DNA of 41,511 bases. It comes from a virus (Duplodnaviria; Heunggongvirae; Uroviricota; Caudoviricetes). The stretch is taken from the IMG/VR virus record IMGVR_UViG_2802429229_000003; one strand, written 5' to 3'. Of this stretch, positions 9,943 through 18,975 are shown piece by piece. How positions within the stretch are numbered: the first letter of the stretch is position 1; every line of letters begins with the position of its first letter. A program made the translations under genes and the position numbers. The notes under the pieces are model-generated. The model made no database searches, was not told where the DNA came from, and worked only from the letters and a program-made list of their open reading frames with translations.

Positions 9943-11082
9943 TTAACCAAGAATCAGACAACCATGTGCCGGCTTCACTGATGAAACACCCCATGCCAGT
10001 CCAACTTCATAGCGCACCTGGCGATACTGACGATACAGTGCAATCTGGAACGTAATCCCTGAAATCGGGTCCGTAACATTCATTACATCATCAGCATTAT
10101 CGCCACCTTCCGGCATTGCCGGAGTACGGGATGCCAGCAGAAACGCGTTGCGATCAAACGCCATATTTGCAGTAAAGGCCCCAACAACTGTGATGGCAGT
10201 ATCATCGGCCAGATCCTGACGCAGTCCGGGCGCTGCAAGAGTAATCAGATTGCTGGTCGCTGCTGCCACAACATACTGATTCGGATCACCAGCGAACGTA
10301 ACAATCTGACCTGCAGAAATACTCCCCGAACCAGTATCAATGGAAATAAGAACATCGCCTTCTTTTTTCTCTCCATTCACGAGATAACCAGTTGCAGCAA
10401 CCTTTGGCGCTCGTTTCACACCTGCCGAACTGTGAATATTGAATCCCTCCAGACGCCCCAACACGCCCTCACGCAGTAGCTGTTCAGTGCCGGATTCATT
10501 CACTTTAAACAATACAGACTGTTTTCCGCGCAAATTAGCAATGGCAGTGGAGCCAAGCACCATCTGCAGATCGGTTGTCGGTGCGCCGTTATCCTCCAGA
10601 ACCTGACGAGCCAGAGCAGCATCAGAAAGATCATCTTTAACACCAAACGGCGTTGTCCCTGCGGTTCCCACGGCGCGGGAAGCACCGAAATACAACGCAC
10701 CAAGATCAGCCTCAACCTCGTTTGCAAGGGCGCGAAAAGCCTGCTTGAACTGATCAGCCAGAATGGTGTTGTAAGTCCCTGAAGGGCCAAGAGCCAGTTG
10801 TTCTTCACCATTCCATTTAACCGGTGCCATTTTGGATTTAGTAATTTTTACATCAACAGTGCCAATATTTTGATCACCGGTATTCGGAGCTGACGGCCCC
10901 GGTACGATATCTTCGGTTTTCGCCTCAGGCGCAACTGGCGCGGTTACCGTCTGATCTTTTGCTGCGGCGTCAGCTTTTGCGTTTTTTGCTACCGCAGGGA
11001 TAAAACCTACCTGCTCACGGGATACAACATCCAGGGCGGTATAAATAGTCGGGATCAACCCGGTCAGGGTATTTCCAGCCAT
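9943..11082 (-). CDS. Major capsid protein, about 379 aa
   Basis: ATG at 11082 (MAGNTLTG) preceded by AAGGAA RBS; the track ORF extends further upstream to 11175. Position after the scaffold-like gene. Confidence 0.7.
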   Translation of the reverse strand: MAGNTLTGLIPTIYTALDVVSREQVGFIPAVAKNAKADAAAKDQTVTAPVAPEAKTEDIVPGPSAPNTGDQNIGTVDVKITKSKMAPVKWNGEEQLALGPSGTYNTILADQFKQAFRALANEVEADLGALYFGASRAVGTAGTTPFGVKDDLSDAALARQVLEDNGAPTTDLQMVLGSTAIANLRGKQSVLFKVNESGTEQLLREGVLGRLEGFNIHSSAGVKRAPKVAATGYLVNGEKKEGDVLISIDTGSGSISAGQIVTFAGDPNQYVVAAATSNLITLAAPGLRQDLADDTAITVVGAFTANMAFDRNAFLLASRTPAMPEGGDNADDVMNVTDPISGITFQIALYRQYRQVRYEVGLAWGVSSVKPAHGCLILG

Positions 11083-11180
11083 AATTAAATATTCCTTAAA
11101 AATTTGCGTAATTGTGAATAGATGGAGTAATGAGCTATCCAGCCCTGACACCAGCTCCCATCCGGAAGCTGACAAATGTG

Positions 11181-11945
11181 TTAATCAACGATTGTGATAC
11201 CGTCTTTCAATGCGTTTTGCTTACCTGCAACATCCAGTGCATCAAAAGCAGAGCGTTTCATCGTTTTCTGACCAATATCATGCTGTGTCGGACGGGAGCC
11301 GCCGCCATTGTTGCCACTGGCTTTCAGGATGTAGTCTTTCTGAGGGTAATTTTCGACAAGGAACTCCAGCGCCTCATCAAACTGCGCCAGTTCGCCAGGC
11401 TTCGCGCGGGAATAAATTTTGTTGCCGGAAGCGTCATAAGCAACGATCCTCCCTTCTTCCACTTTGAATGCCTGCCCGAAGCGGGCTTGTAATAAATCTG
11501 CCGGGATCGCAATTTTATCGGCAATATATTTTGAACCCGCAAAACTACCGCCAATCATAGAATCGTAAAGCTGCTTCTCCAGCATCTGAGAGCGTTGCTT
11601 TTCTTCATCTAATTGCTGCTGAAAATTTTTCGTAATTTCTGCCTTAACCTGGTCAACCTGTCCCGCATCGAGCAGCTTTTTCTGGTCGATTTTTGACAGC
11701 ATTTCCAGTGCCTCGATCGCCTTCTTCGGGTCTTCGATAGCGGCAAACTTAGCCAGTTTTTCCTCTGCAGCTTCTTTAGCCAGGCGATGATTTTTTGCCT
11801 CGCCATTAAGCTCTGTAATTTTTTTTGTCGCCAGCGGTGCATCGAAGCCAATTTCTTTACCATCGTCGTGCACATAAACTGGCAGGCCAGCAGTATCAAT
11901 TTCTGCGTATTGTTTTCCGTTAATCTCGACCGTTTTCAGTTTCAT
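11181..11945 (-). CDS. Capsid scaffolding-like protein (charged, coiled-coil rich)
   Basis: ATG at 11945 (MKLKTVEINGK); composition KEAAEEKLAKFAAIEDPKKAIEALE typical of scaffold proteins; position between the F-like gene and the capsid gene. Confidence 0.5.
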   Translation of the reverse strand: MKLKTVEINGKQYAEIDTAGLPVYVHDDGKEIGFDAPLATKKITELNGEAKNHRLAKEAAEEKLAKFAAIEDPKKAIEALEMLSKIDQKKLLDAGQVDQVKAEITKNFQQQLDEEKQRSQMLEKQLYDSMIGGSFAGSKYIADKIAIPADLLQARFGQAFKVEEGRIVAYDASGNKIYSRAKPGELAQFDEALEFLVENYPQKDYILKASGNNGGGSRPTQHDIGQKTMKRSAFDALDVAGKQNALKDGITIVD

Positions 11946-12004
11946 ATTAGTACCTGGTTTAAGTCTTCCGACAGTTACGCTGCTCACCATCCGGATCGCA
12001 GCAA

Positions 12005-12030
12005 TAAAAAAGGCCACCCGAAGGTAGCCT
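12005..12030 (-). terminator. Terminator-like hairpin with UUCG loop and U6 between the F-like head gene and the scaffold gene
   Basis: Minus strand AGGCUACC-UUCG-GGUGGCCU followed by UUUUUUAUU; one mismatch in the stem. Confidence 0.45.
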
Positions 12031-12049
12031 GTTGTAATAAATGATTTAT

Positions 12050-13165
12050 TTAAATCCCTGCTTTTCTGAATACCTGTGCATCACGCTCACGGAGCTGCTT
12101 CAGCGTCAGCCATTCGCCTTTATCGGTGTAAAATTCATCTGGCGACATACCACCATCCCGAATCAGCTTTGCTCGGGTTTCCCCCACAATCTGTTTTTGT
12201 CTGGTGTAAGGCTGACGCAAAAACCATTCCCTGTAGGTTGTATCTCCGGCCACCACGCCATCCATGCTGGCCCGCTCAGCCGGGGAAATATCGCGAACAT
12301 CAATACCCAGTTCCTTCGCTGATTTCAGAATGAACGTTTCCGTTGAGCGGCAGCAGAAATGAATTTTTCCCGGCCCCTGCAAATAAGGCACGCTGTGATC
12401 TACAGGTTTATTATTCAGCGTATATTTGAGGCGATCCCTGATTCGACATTGTGGCGTAGTACGATTATCAAGCGTTGATAACCATTGCTTACCCTTAATC
12501 AAATCATTATTCGCGCTGGCAAAACTCTCACGGGCAGTAGCAGCAAGATGTCCAACCGCTGTTTTTGCAATGCTGGCCGCATTAGCCCGGCTCATCTGCA
12601 ATGCACCATCCTGAAATCCCTTACTGACATGTCCCCGAATTTTTCTTGCGATCTGCTCATTGGTATCCCCCAGCAAAAAACCCTGACGCACTGTATTTGT
12701 TATGCGTCTGAGCCGATCCGCCTCAAGATCTGAGGCCCACTCACTGAGCAGTCGTCCCTGGAATGGTCGCGCCATTGCAGCGGCATAAAGTGCATCAGGA
12801 GAGATACCAACCAGAGGGTGAACATCAGCAACAAAATCAGGTAGCATAGAATCAAACAGACTTAACTGATAACCAGCCTCATAAATTGCCAGCTCGTTCA
12901 GCTCTCCGGAGAGACTGGTAAACATGCTGTTAATAGCAGTGCGGTTAACCTTTCTGACGCTCGCCAGAAGTGACTCCAGGCGCTTAACGGTAAAATTACC
13001 TGGATCGAGGCTGTCCAGTGCTATCAGCAGGCGAGCAGTAAGTTCCGCATCGCTGTCATTCAGTATTTTCACCATTCTGGCAGCCACGCCAGTGCTATAG
13101 CGGGATATCCAGACTGCATGAGCAATTGATTCATCACGCAGCCGTTCATTCACGGTTTGCATCAT
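12050..13165 (-). CDS. Phage head morphogenesis protein (Mu F / SPP1 gp7-like minor head protein)
   Basis: 371-aa ORF directly downstream of and overlapping the portal gene, the conserved position of F-like proteins. Confidence 0.55.
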   Translation of the reverse strand: MMQTVNERLRDESIAHAVWISRYSTGVAARMVKILNDSDAELTARLLIALDSLDPGNFTVKRLESLLASVRKVNRTAINSMFTSLSGELNELAIYEAGYQLSLFDSMLPDFVADVHPLVGISPDALYAAAMARPFQGRLLSEWASDLEADRLRRITNTVRQGFLLGDTNEQIARKIRGHVSKGFQDGALQMSRANAASIAKTAVGHLAATARESFASANNDLIKGKQWLSTLDNRTTPQCRIRDRLKYTLNNKPVDHSVPYLQGPGKIHFCCRSTETFILKSAKELGIDVRDISPAERASMDGVVAGDTTYREWFLRQPYTRQKQIVGETRAKLIRDGGMSPDEFYTDKGEWLTLKQLRERDAQVFRKAGI

Positions 13166-14552
13166 TGATTTCCATCAGCATTACACTCTGATTTTTTAAT
13201 TCATCGATCACTTCCTCTGGACGGGAATCCTGATCGATAAATTTCAACGCCTGCAACACCCGAACCGCATCAATCTGACGTATATCACCGCCCTGACGCA
13301 ATGACTGAACAGCCAGCGCGGAGGATGAGTCAAACACCTGGGCAGATACATCCAGTTCAGTGCGCACATCCACATTGCCACCGCAACTCTCTCCGATCCA
13401 TTCCGCCATTATCTGGAGAATATTATCGAGGGCATCTTCGAGGGAGTTCGCCATTGTATAAAGCGGCGAGTTTTCCTGCATTCGCTCTTCATTAGTCTGA
13501 TCAACAGATTTGGTGGATGTATTTTCAGCACGCAGAAGTTTAGCGCCGGCATGACGCATCTGATTTTCCAGCTTCTCAAGTGATGTTTCGCCAGATTCTA
13601 TCGCTGCGCCACTATGTTCAACATATTCGAGGCCATTTTTTGTTCTGTCCTCAAAAATCGTAGCGGTGGATGCACCAACCGTCAGTTCTTCATTCCTGTC
13701 CAGCCCGTAGGCCACCAGCAATGGAACGCGGGTAACATGAAGAATATTGTCCTGCTCGCTCTGGCTTTGCCAGTGCTTGATATTCAGCAAGCCAAGATTA
13801 AGCAATGGCGGTGTACCACGCATAAATCCTGTTTTCTTCGTGTACAGTGTTACCAGAGGAATATCATCACGGCTGGTATTCCATGACTCATGAAGCGTCC
13901 AGACAGATTCGCCATTAGTGCCTTCGCTACGTCGATAAATTTCAACTCGACGGGGCATAATATGGCGGATCTGCTCCACCTTCTTCTGCCCGAAATCATC
14001 ACCATCAATAATGATGACCTCTTTTATACGCAAATCAGTGAGAACAACTTTCCCTTTTTCAACTTTCGATTTCCATCCAATAACCTGGCGTGGATTCAGC
14101 ATCGTAACGTACGGACGACCACCGGTCGCGTTTTCATCGGCTTTTGTCCGAATCTCTTTCATATCCGTTCGTGGATAGTCCACCAGCGCATGTGCCACAC
14201 CATACTGAAATGCGAGGCTGAAAAATTGCTGCGCCCACACATCCAGTCGGCTCCCCTCCATGTCGATATTTTCTGCATATTCCCTGATTTTTGCCGGCGT
14301 TTCCTCACTCAATACTGTCGGCTCTGCAAATATGCGCCCAATATTTTGCTTGATGCTTTCTTCATACACAGGAAGTAGCGTAGCCACAGACAGGCGTTTT
14401 TTATAAGCGTCTTCATCTTCGTTAGGCCATTTTGGGAGATAATTTTCCCCCTGCCTGCGCATTTCAAGCGTACCGCCCATCAGTGCGTCGTTAATATCCC
14501 ACGCCTCCAGCATATCGTTATAGTCGAGGTTGGGTGTTGATATATCAGCCAT
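13146..14552 (-). CDS. Portal protein, 468 aa
   Basis: Size and position immediately after the large terminase gene. Confidence 0.7.
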   Translation of the reverse strand: MADISTPNLDYNDMLEAWDINDALMGGTLEMRRQGENYLPKWPNEDEDAYKKRLSVATLLPVYEESIKQNIGRIFAEPTVLSEETPAKIREYAENIDMEGSRLDVWAQQFFSLAFQYGVAHALVDYPRTDMKEIRTKADENATGGRPYVTMLNPRQVIGWKSKVEKGKVVLTDLRIKEVIIIDGDDFGQKKVEQIRHIMPRRVEIYRRSEGTNGESVWTLHESWNTSRDDIPLVTLYTKKTGFMRGTPPLLNLGLLNIKHWQSQSEQDNILHVTRVPLLVAYGLDRNEELTVGASTATIFEDRTKNGLEYVEHSGAAIESGETSLEKLENQMRHAGAKLLRAENTSTKSVDQTNEERMQENSPLYTMANSLEDALDNILQIMAEWIGESCGGNVDVRTELDVSAQVFDSSSALAVQSLRQGGDIRQIDAVRVLQALKFIDQDSRPEEVIDELKNQSVMLMEINDANRE

Positions 14553-14554
14553 AA

Positions 14555-15865
14555 TTAAATCCGAAGTGATGTGACTCTTCCGGTCGGTTTGACAATAGGG
14601 AATTGCTTAACGATGAAATAACCTCCGGCATCATTCGGGTGATCATTGCCAGATTTTTTATCAGGCTCCCCCTTCTCATCCCAGACCTGTTGCTCCAGAG
14701 ATTCGGCATATAACGGGCAACGCTTCACATTAACTTTATAGCGACGCTCACCATTGGCATTGCAGAACATTGCATTCATTGAGTTAACGCGATCTTTTAC
14801 TGGCGGGTTCGAGCTGTTCACCACAACGTTAAAACCAGCCTGCTTAAGCTGGGCTATATCCGTCGTACTTGCGTTACTTGATTTTCTGGAATCCCCGGAA
14901 GCATCTGGATAAATATAAATTTCCCTCACTTTCCGGTAATCATTCCCATCATACAGCCAGAAGCGTTCTTTAATGATGCGGATCATATCCGGCGTATCGT
15001 AGGCATTGATGATTTCAGTTACCGCACATGGAAGCCCCAAACGCAGCACATGGACGATTCCCGCCATCTTTCCAACGTTAAAATCCATCCCAATATAAAT
15101 CGGCTCCCCTGGCTGCTCCACTTCTTCGCAATTATTCAGTTTCCGGTCAAACTGATGGTAAACAGTACCACTTGTCAGGTTAGTAAACTGTCCTCGAAGA
15201 TAGGCTTTAATCAGCTCTGGAGGGTATGATTCAAGAAGCGAAGGAATGTAATCTGCTGGCAGGTTCTTTTCATTATCGAAAGTAGATGCCTGCACCAGAC
15301 CATACAGTGAGGCCAGCTCTGTTTTTTCACGCACGGCTTTAACAAACTGCTCGTAGACAAATTTGAATCCTTCCGGCGTGGTTGTAACGTCAATACCGTT
15401 GCGAAGTCCATCAATCTTATAACGCATACGTGCAATTATCTTGCGCCACGCCGTTCTGGCTTTTTCCTTCGGCAAAATGTCCAGTTCATCCACCAACGCA
15501 TTACCAATTTTGAAACCGACGATCGTTTGTGGCTTCTCCATCGATCTGCAGATAGTGGTTCCCCGATACTGGCGTCCGTAATAAAAGTGAACCTCTTTAT
15601 TTCCCTCATTAATTTTTACGTTCAATCCCCAGTCAGCAGCAACTTCTTCCACTGTAGGGTAAAAAATATCGCGAATTTGGGGATACGTTGGCGCAAAATA
15701 TCCCTGATTTATACCTGGATGCTCCCAAATCCCCTTGCATATGCCGCCACACCCAACCCATGTTTTGCCCGAGCCAAAACCAGCAATATAGGCTTTAAAT
15801 TTATGGGGCATTGAAAGAAATCGCGCCTGAGGCACATTAAGCGTCGGAGAGATCATCTTCATCAC
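14555..15865 (-). CDS. Terminase large subunit
   Basis: Walker A motif AGFGSGKT near the N-terminus; 436 aa; position between small terminase and portal. Confidence 0.8.
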   Translation of the reverse strand: MMKMISPTLNVPQARFLSMPHKFKAYIAGFGSGKTWVGCGGICKGIWEHPGINQGYFAPTYPQIRDIFYPTVEEVAADWGLNVKINEGNKEVHFYYGRQYRGTTICRSMEKPQTIVGFKIGNALVDELDILPKEKARTAWRKIIARMRYKIDGLRNGIDVTTTPEGFKFVYEQFVKAVREKTELASLYGLVQASTFDNEKNLPADYIPSLLESYPPELIKAYLRGQFTNLTSGTVYHQFDRKLNNCEEVEQPGEPIYIGMDFNVGKMAGIVHVLRLGLPCAVTEIINAYDTPDMIRIIKERFWLYDGNDYRKVREIYIYPDASGDSRKSSNASTTDIAQLKQAGFNVVVNSSNPPVKDRVNSMNAMFCNANGERRYKVNVKRCPLYAESLEQQVWDEKGEPDKKSGNDHPNDAGGYFIVKQFPIVKPTGRVTSLRI

Positions 15866-16931
15866 TCCTTACTCTGGCATCAACCACATTAATATTGATC
15901 GCCACAGGCTGGGGATGTTCATTATCTTCCACCGTTTCGATCTCTTTGCGCAGCTTCTGGTTTTCCATTCTGCGCCGTTCAATTTCCAGTTCCTGTAGCC
16001 GTTTATCTGCACATAAAGCCCCGCCAGCAGAAAACAAACGCAACAATTCACGCCGGGCGGCAGCCTTATCCTCCAGCAGGATCTCAACGCCGAATTTTCC
16101 GAATTTTGCCCCTGCATATAATTGCCGCGCATCCCCATCAAGCAGAGTGGTATCAGCCATATAAAGCTGTCCCGTTCCCTCACCGCAGCACTTCGGGCAG
16201 TCCGGATTGGGTATGGCGTTATCAACAAAGCCGAGGCCTCCATATTCCGGTTCGGGTTTGCCATCTCTGGAAGCCTGCGCCGCTGCCTTGTCGAATTCTG
16301 CTATATCGCGCCACTGGTAGAGATGATTCTCGCCCCAGCAATAACGGCAGTTAACACGGCGAAATTGTGCAAGCTGATTGGGGTCGGCCAGGACAATAGC
16401 CATCAACTGACTCACTAGTAAATCCAGGTCTGCGGTATAGCGTTTCTGGTACTGATTGCGGAAGTAGCTGATAGCGCGAAAAACCCTGGCATTTCTAAGC
16501 ATACGACTGGCGTTGCTGTTAGCTGTCGCACCTTGCCCCTCATAACCGGCTAGTCGGTACGCCTCTGTCGGCTTTTTACCCTGAGCAACAAGCATCGCAA
16601 ACTTAGCCTGCTGGTCAGAAATGCCGAATTCATCGGGACAGAACGAAAATTCCTCCGCGTCGCCCTCATTCAGGCCCGCATCGAATACTGGCTTTTTTTC
16701 CTGAGATTTTTCGTTCCGCTTTTGTGCAGTCTGCGCAGATTTTTTCTGCGCACTTTTTTGCGCAGTTTTGCACATTTCTGTCTGCGCATTTTTCGGAGTT
16801 TTTTTGATGTAACGACGGGCTGTTGCGTAATTCAGTCCCCTTGCTTCACACCATGCCACCGGAGATATACCGGAGCGGGTGTATTCAGCAATATACTCCT
16901 GCTGCAACGCCCCCCAGTCCGGTCTGCTCAT
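15837..16931 (-). CDS. Terminase small subunit (N-terminal HTH plus terminase small-subunit region)
   Basis: HTH-like ISPVAWCEARGLNYATARRYI and motif KFAMLVAQGKKPTEAYRLAGY...ASRMLRNARV; overlaps the large terminase start. Confidence 0.65.
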   Translation of the reverse strand: MSRPDWGALQQEYIAEYTRSGISPVAWCEARGLNYATARRYIKKTPKNAQTEMCKTAQKSAQKKSAQTAQKRNEKSQEKKPVFDAGLNEGDAEEFSFCPDEFGISDQQAKFAMLVAQGKKPTEAYRLAGYEGQGATANSNASRMLRNARVFRAISYFRNQYQKRYTADLDLLVSQLMAIVLADPNQLAQFRRVNCRYCWGENHLYQWRDIAEFDKAAAQASRDGKPEPEYGGLGFVDNAIPNPDCPKCCGEGTGQLYMADTTLLDGDARQLYAGAKFGKFGVEILLEDKAAARRELLRLFSAGGALCADKRLQELEIERRRMENQKLRKEIETVEDNEHPQPVAININVVDARVRSDEDDLSDA

Positions 16932-16934
16932 CAG

Positions 16935-17186
16935 TTAGTCCTGATTTTTATCCACCCTGAGTAGTTCGCGCAGAGCAAAGGCATCCCCTTTTCTGGCAAG
17001 CTTAAACAATGCCGCTCGTAACTCGGCTTCACCTTTCGCTCTGCCCTTACGGATGGCCGCATAAAAATCTGTCATTGCTTCCCGATTTTCTTTCAGTCGG
17101 TTCAGATCAACATCCAGAACGTCAGCGATTTGTTGTGCAGTCATCCGGCACGCTGCCAGAGACTCGACTTTCGAATACGGAATCAT
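16935..17186 (-). CDS. Hypothetical small protein upstream of the small terminase gene (69-83 aa depending on start)
   Basis: ORF with possible starts at 17186 (GGGGGTGA RBS) or 17144; no recognised motif. Confidence 0.4.
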   Translation of the reverse strand: MIPYSKVESLAACRMTAQQIADVLDVDLNRLKENREAMTDFYAAIRKGRAKGEAELRAALFKLARKGDAFALRELLRVDKNQD

Positions 17187-18054
17187 TTGTCACCCCCATT
17201 GATATGCAGGGTGTCTTCTTCCTGTATTTTTCGTGAAGGATTTTTACTGCAGCGTTGTTCCAGGTGACCTGATGGTGAATGCGTTTATGGCTGGCACCCA
17301 TCAGTGAGATTTTTACGCACGACGGCGCATACATGACGGAGTAAAAACTTTTAACGTAGGTTCCGGAATCCAGATACAGCTCGGTCATTCCGCCGCTGTT
17401 TTTCTGCGTCTGTTTCTGCCCTAACTGGACAGCACCGATCGTCATAAACAATTCACCACAGCGACCGAGATTCGTGTACGTATTCACATCCTCGTTAATG
17501 CGCCCCATGAATGAGAACGGTCGATCAACCGAACAGATAAAGCTGTTCATTGCCTTGCGTTTCACCCACGAAGCATGGCCGCCATTGTCACCAAGAAAAT
17601 CCCCGCCCTGCGACATAGCGATGGAAAGAGCAGGTATTGATTCGTAGTACGCCAGCATTTCAGAAAGGATCGCATCCAGTTTCCTTATCGGAAAATAGGC
17701 CTGGTCATAGTTGCGATCCACCCGAAACTGGAACTCGTGATAATCATCATCGAGCTGAATGAAGTATTTACACCCGACCAGTTTTGCCAGGTCGAAACAG
17801 GCATTACGGGCGTAAAAAATTGAGCGGCGGTCACAGAAATTATCGGCTTCGTCAAAACGACTGGCGATATCGGCTTTGGAAAACACCAGCACCTGTTCAC
17901 CAAATTCAGCCATGTACTGATGCCGTGTCTTATCTTCATCATCAACAACGATAAAAATTTTCCCGGTATAGCCAGCACGACGCAACGTCCGGTAAGTCAG
18001 AACTTTGTCCGGTCGCCCGTGAGTCAGAATAAAGGCGCAAAAATCATCACGCAT
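17122..18054 (-). CDS. Hypothetical protein with glycosyltransferase GT-A-like motif pattern, 310 aa (function uncertain)
   Basis: ATG at 18054 after GGAGGAGG RBS, overlapping the ParB-like stop (ATGCGTGA). Motif series AFILTHGRPD, KIFIVVDDED and YFIQLDDDYHEF parallels the beta1 / DxD pattern of GT-A transferases such as SpsA. Confidence 0.55.
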   Translation of the reverse strand: MRDDFCAFILTHGRPDKVLTYRTLRRAGYTGKIFIVVDDEDKTRHQYMAEFGEQVLVFSKADIASRFDEADNFCDRRSIFYARNACFDLAKLVGCKYFIQLDDDYHEFQFRVDRNYDQAYFPIRKLDAILSEMLAYYESIPALSIAMSQGGDFLGDNGGHASWVKRKAMNSFICSVDRPFSFMGRINEDVNTYTNLGRCGELFMTIGAVQLGQKQTQKNSGGMTELYLDSGTYVKSFYSVMYAPSCVKISLMGASHKRIHHQVTWNNAAVKILHEKYRKKTPCISMGVTNDSVFESRVSGSVPDDCTTNR

Positions 18055-18838
18055 ATTCCTCCTCCTCACCACCATGCATGATCTCCACCATGCGCTGCGT
18101 CATCCGGACAAATCCATTTTCAATAGCCTGCTGATAATCAATGATCACCAGCGCCGACTCCTCGAAAAAACACTGAATTTCAGAGGGGGCGTGAGCGTAA
18201 TAGTCCGCAATTCTGCTGAAATTAAACACCGTGTGACGTTCTGCCGCACACAGGAGGAATTTCTCAATATCAGGCTCAAGGGACGCCGAACGTATCCGGC
18301 TGATCAGCTCCTGAGTTTTCGTATCGTCGTACAGTTCACTGATATCCGGTTTACCGCCCGACGGCTCATAAACAGGCGTATCAATTTTCGTCGTATACGG
18401 CTCCTCCTCATTTCCTGTACCGGGCAAAACATCCGTCAACAGTTCATCAATTTCTGTCGGGATGAAGCCTGTCAGGGAGACATCAAAATCAGCATTGATT
18501 AGGTCCGACAGCTCCATCCGCAACAGATCTTCATCCCAGCCAGCATTCATCGGCAGGCGATTATCTGCCAGGCGGTACGCCTTTTTCTGCTCATCCGTCA
18601 GGCCAGACAGAACAATGACCGGAACAGAATCCATTTTGAGCATTTCAGCCGCCATAACACGACCGTGACCCGCAATAATTTCGCCCTTTTCGTCAATCAG
18701 CACCGGATTAGTCCAGCCGAATTGCTTAATACTTTCTACCAGTTGTGCCACCTGCTCAGTACTGTGCGTCCTGGCGTTGTGCGCATACGGTGACAATTCT
18801 TGTAATGGGCGATAGACTATCTTTAATTTCTCGCTCAT
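18047..18838 (-). CDS. ynaK: ParB-like nuclease domain protein (YnaK-like), 263 aa
   Basis: N-terminal region YRPLQELSPYAHNARTHSTEQVAQLVESIKQFGWTNPVLIDEKGEIIAGHGRVMAA has the ParB / sulfiredoxin GxGR signature; position matches ynaK next to trkG in Rac as I recall. Confidence 0.7.
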   Translation of the reverse strand: MSEKLKIVYRPLQELSPYAHNARTHSTEQVAQLVESIKQFGWTNPVLIDEKGEIIAGHGRVMAAEMLKMDSVPVIVLSGLTDEQKKAYRLADNRLPMNAGWDEDLLRMELSDLINADFDVSLTGFIPTEIDELLTDVLPGTGNEEEPYTTKIDTPVYEPSGGKPDISELYDDTKTQELISRIRSASLEPDIEKFLLCAAERHTVFNFSRIADYYAHAPSEIQCFFEESALVIIDYQQAIENGFVRMTQRMVEIMHGGEEEEYA

Positions 18839-18975
18839 ACAGCCTTGCTTTATGAATAAAACGCACCCCAGCAGCCAGTGCTACTGGGGACGGAGGTGTT
18901 GCTGGTAAAGTTAGGTATTGGATCAATGAGTGAGTCAACATAATATTAAACTCACAATTATAAATCAGCCATATA

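Noticed and set aside
10500-10811. 103-aa minus-strand ORF inside the major capsid gene in another frame
   Set aside because: Fully nested in the capsid coding region, no independent start signal.
17122-18054. Reading the glycosyltransferase-like protein as a GtrB-type O-antigen conversion enzyme
   Set aside because: No C-terminal transmembrane helices and no flanking gtrA or gtrC-like membrane protein genes.
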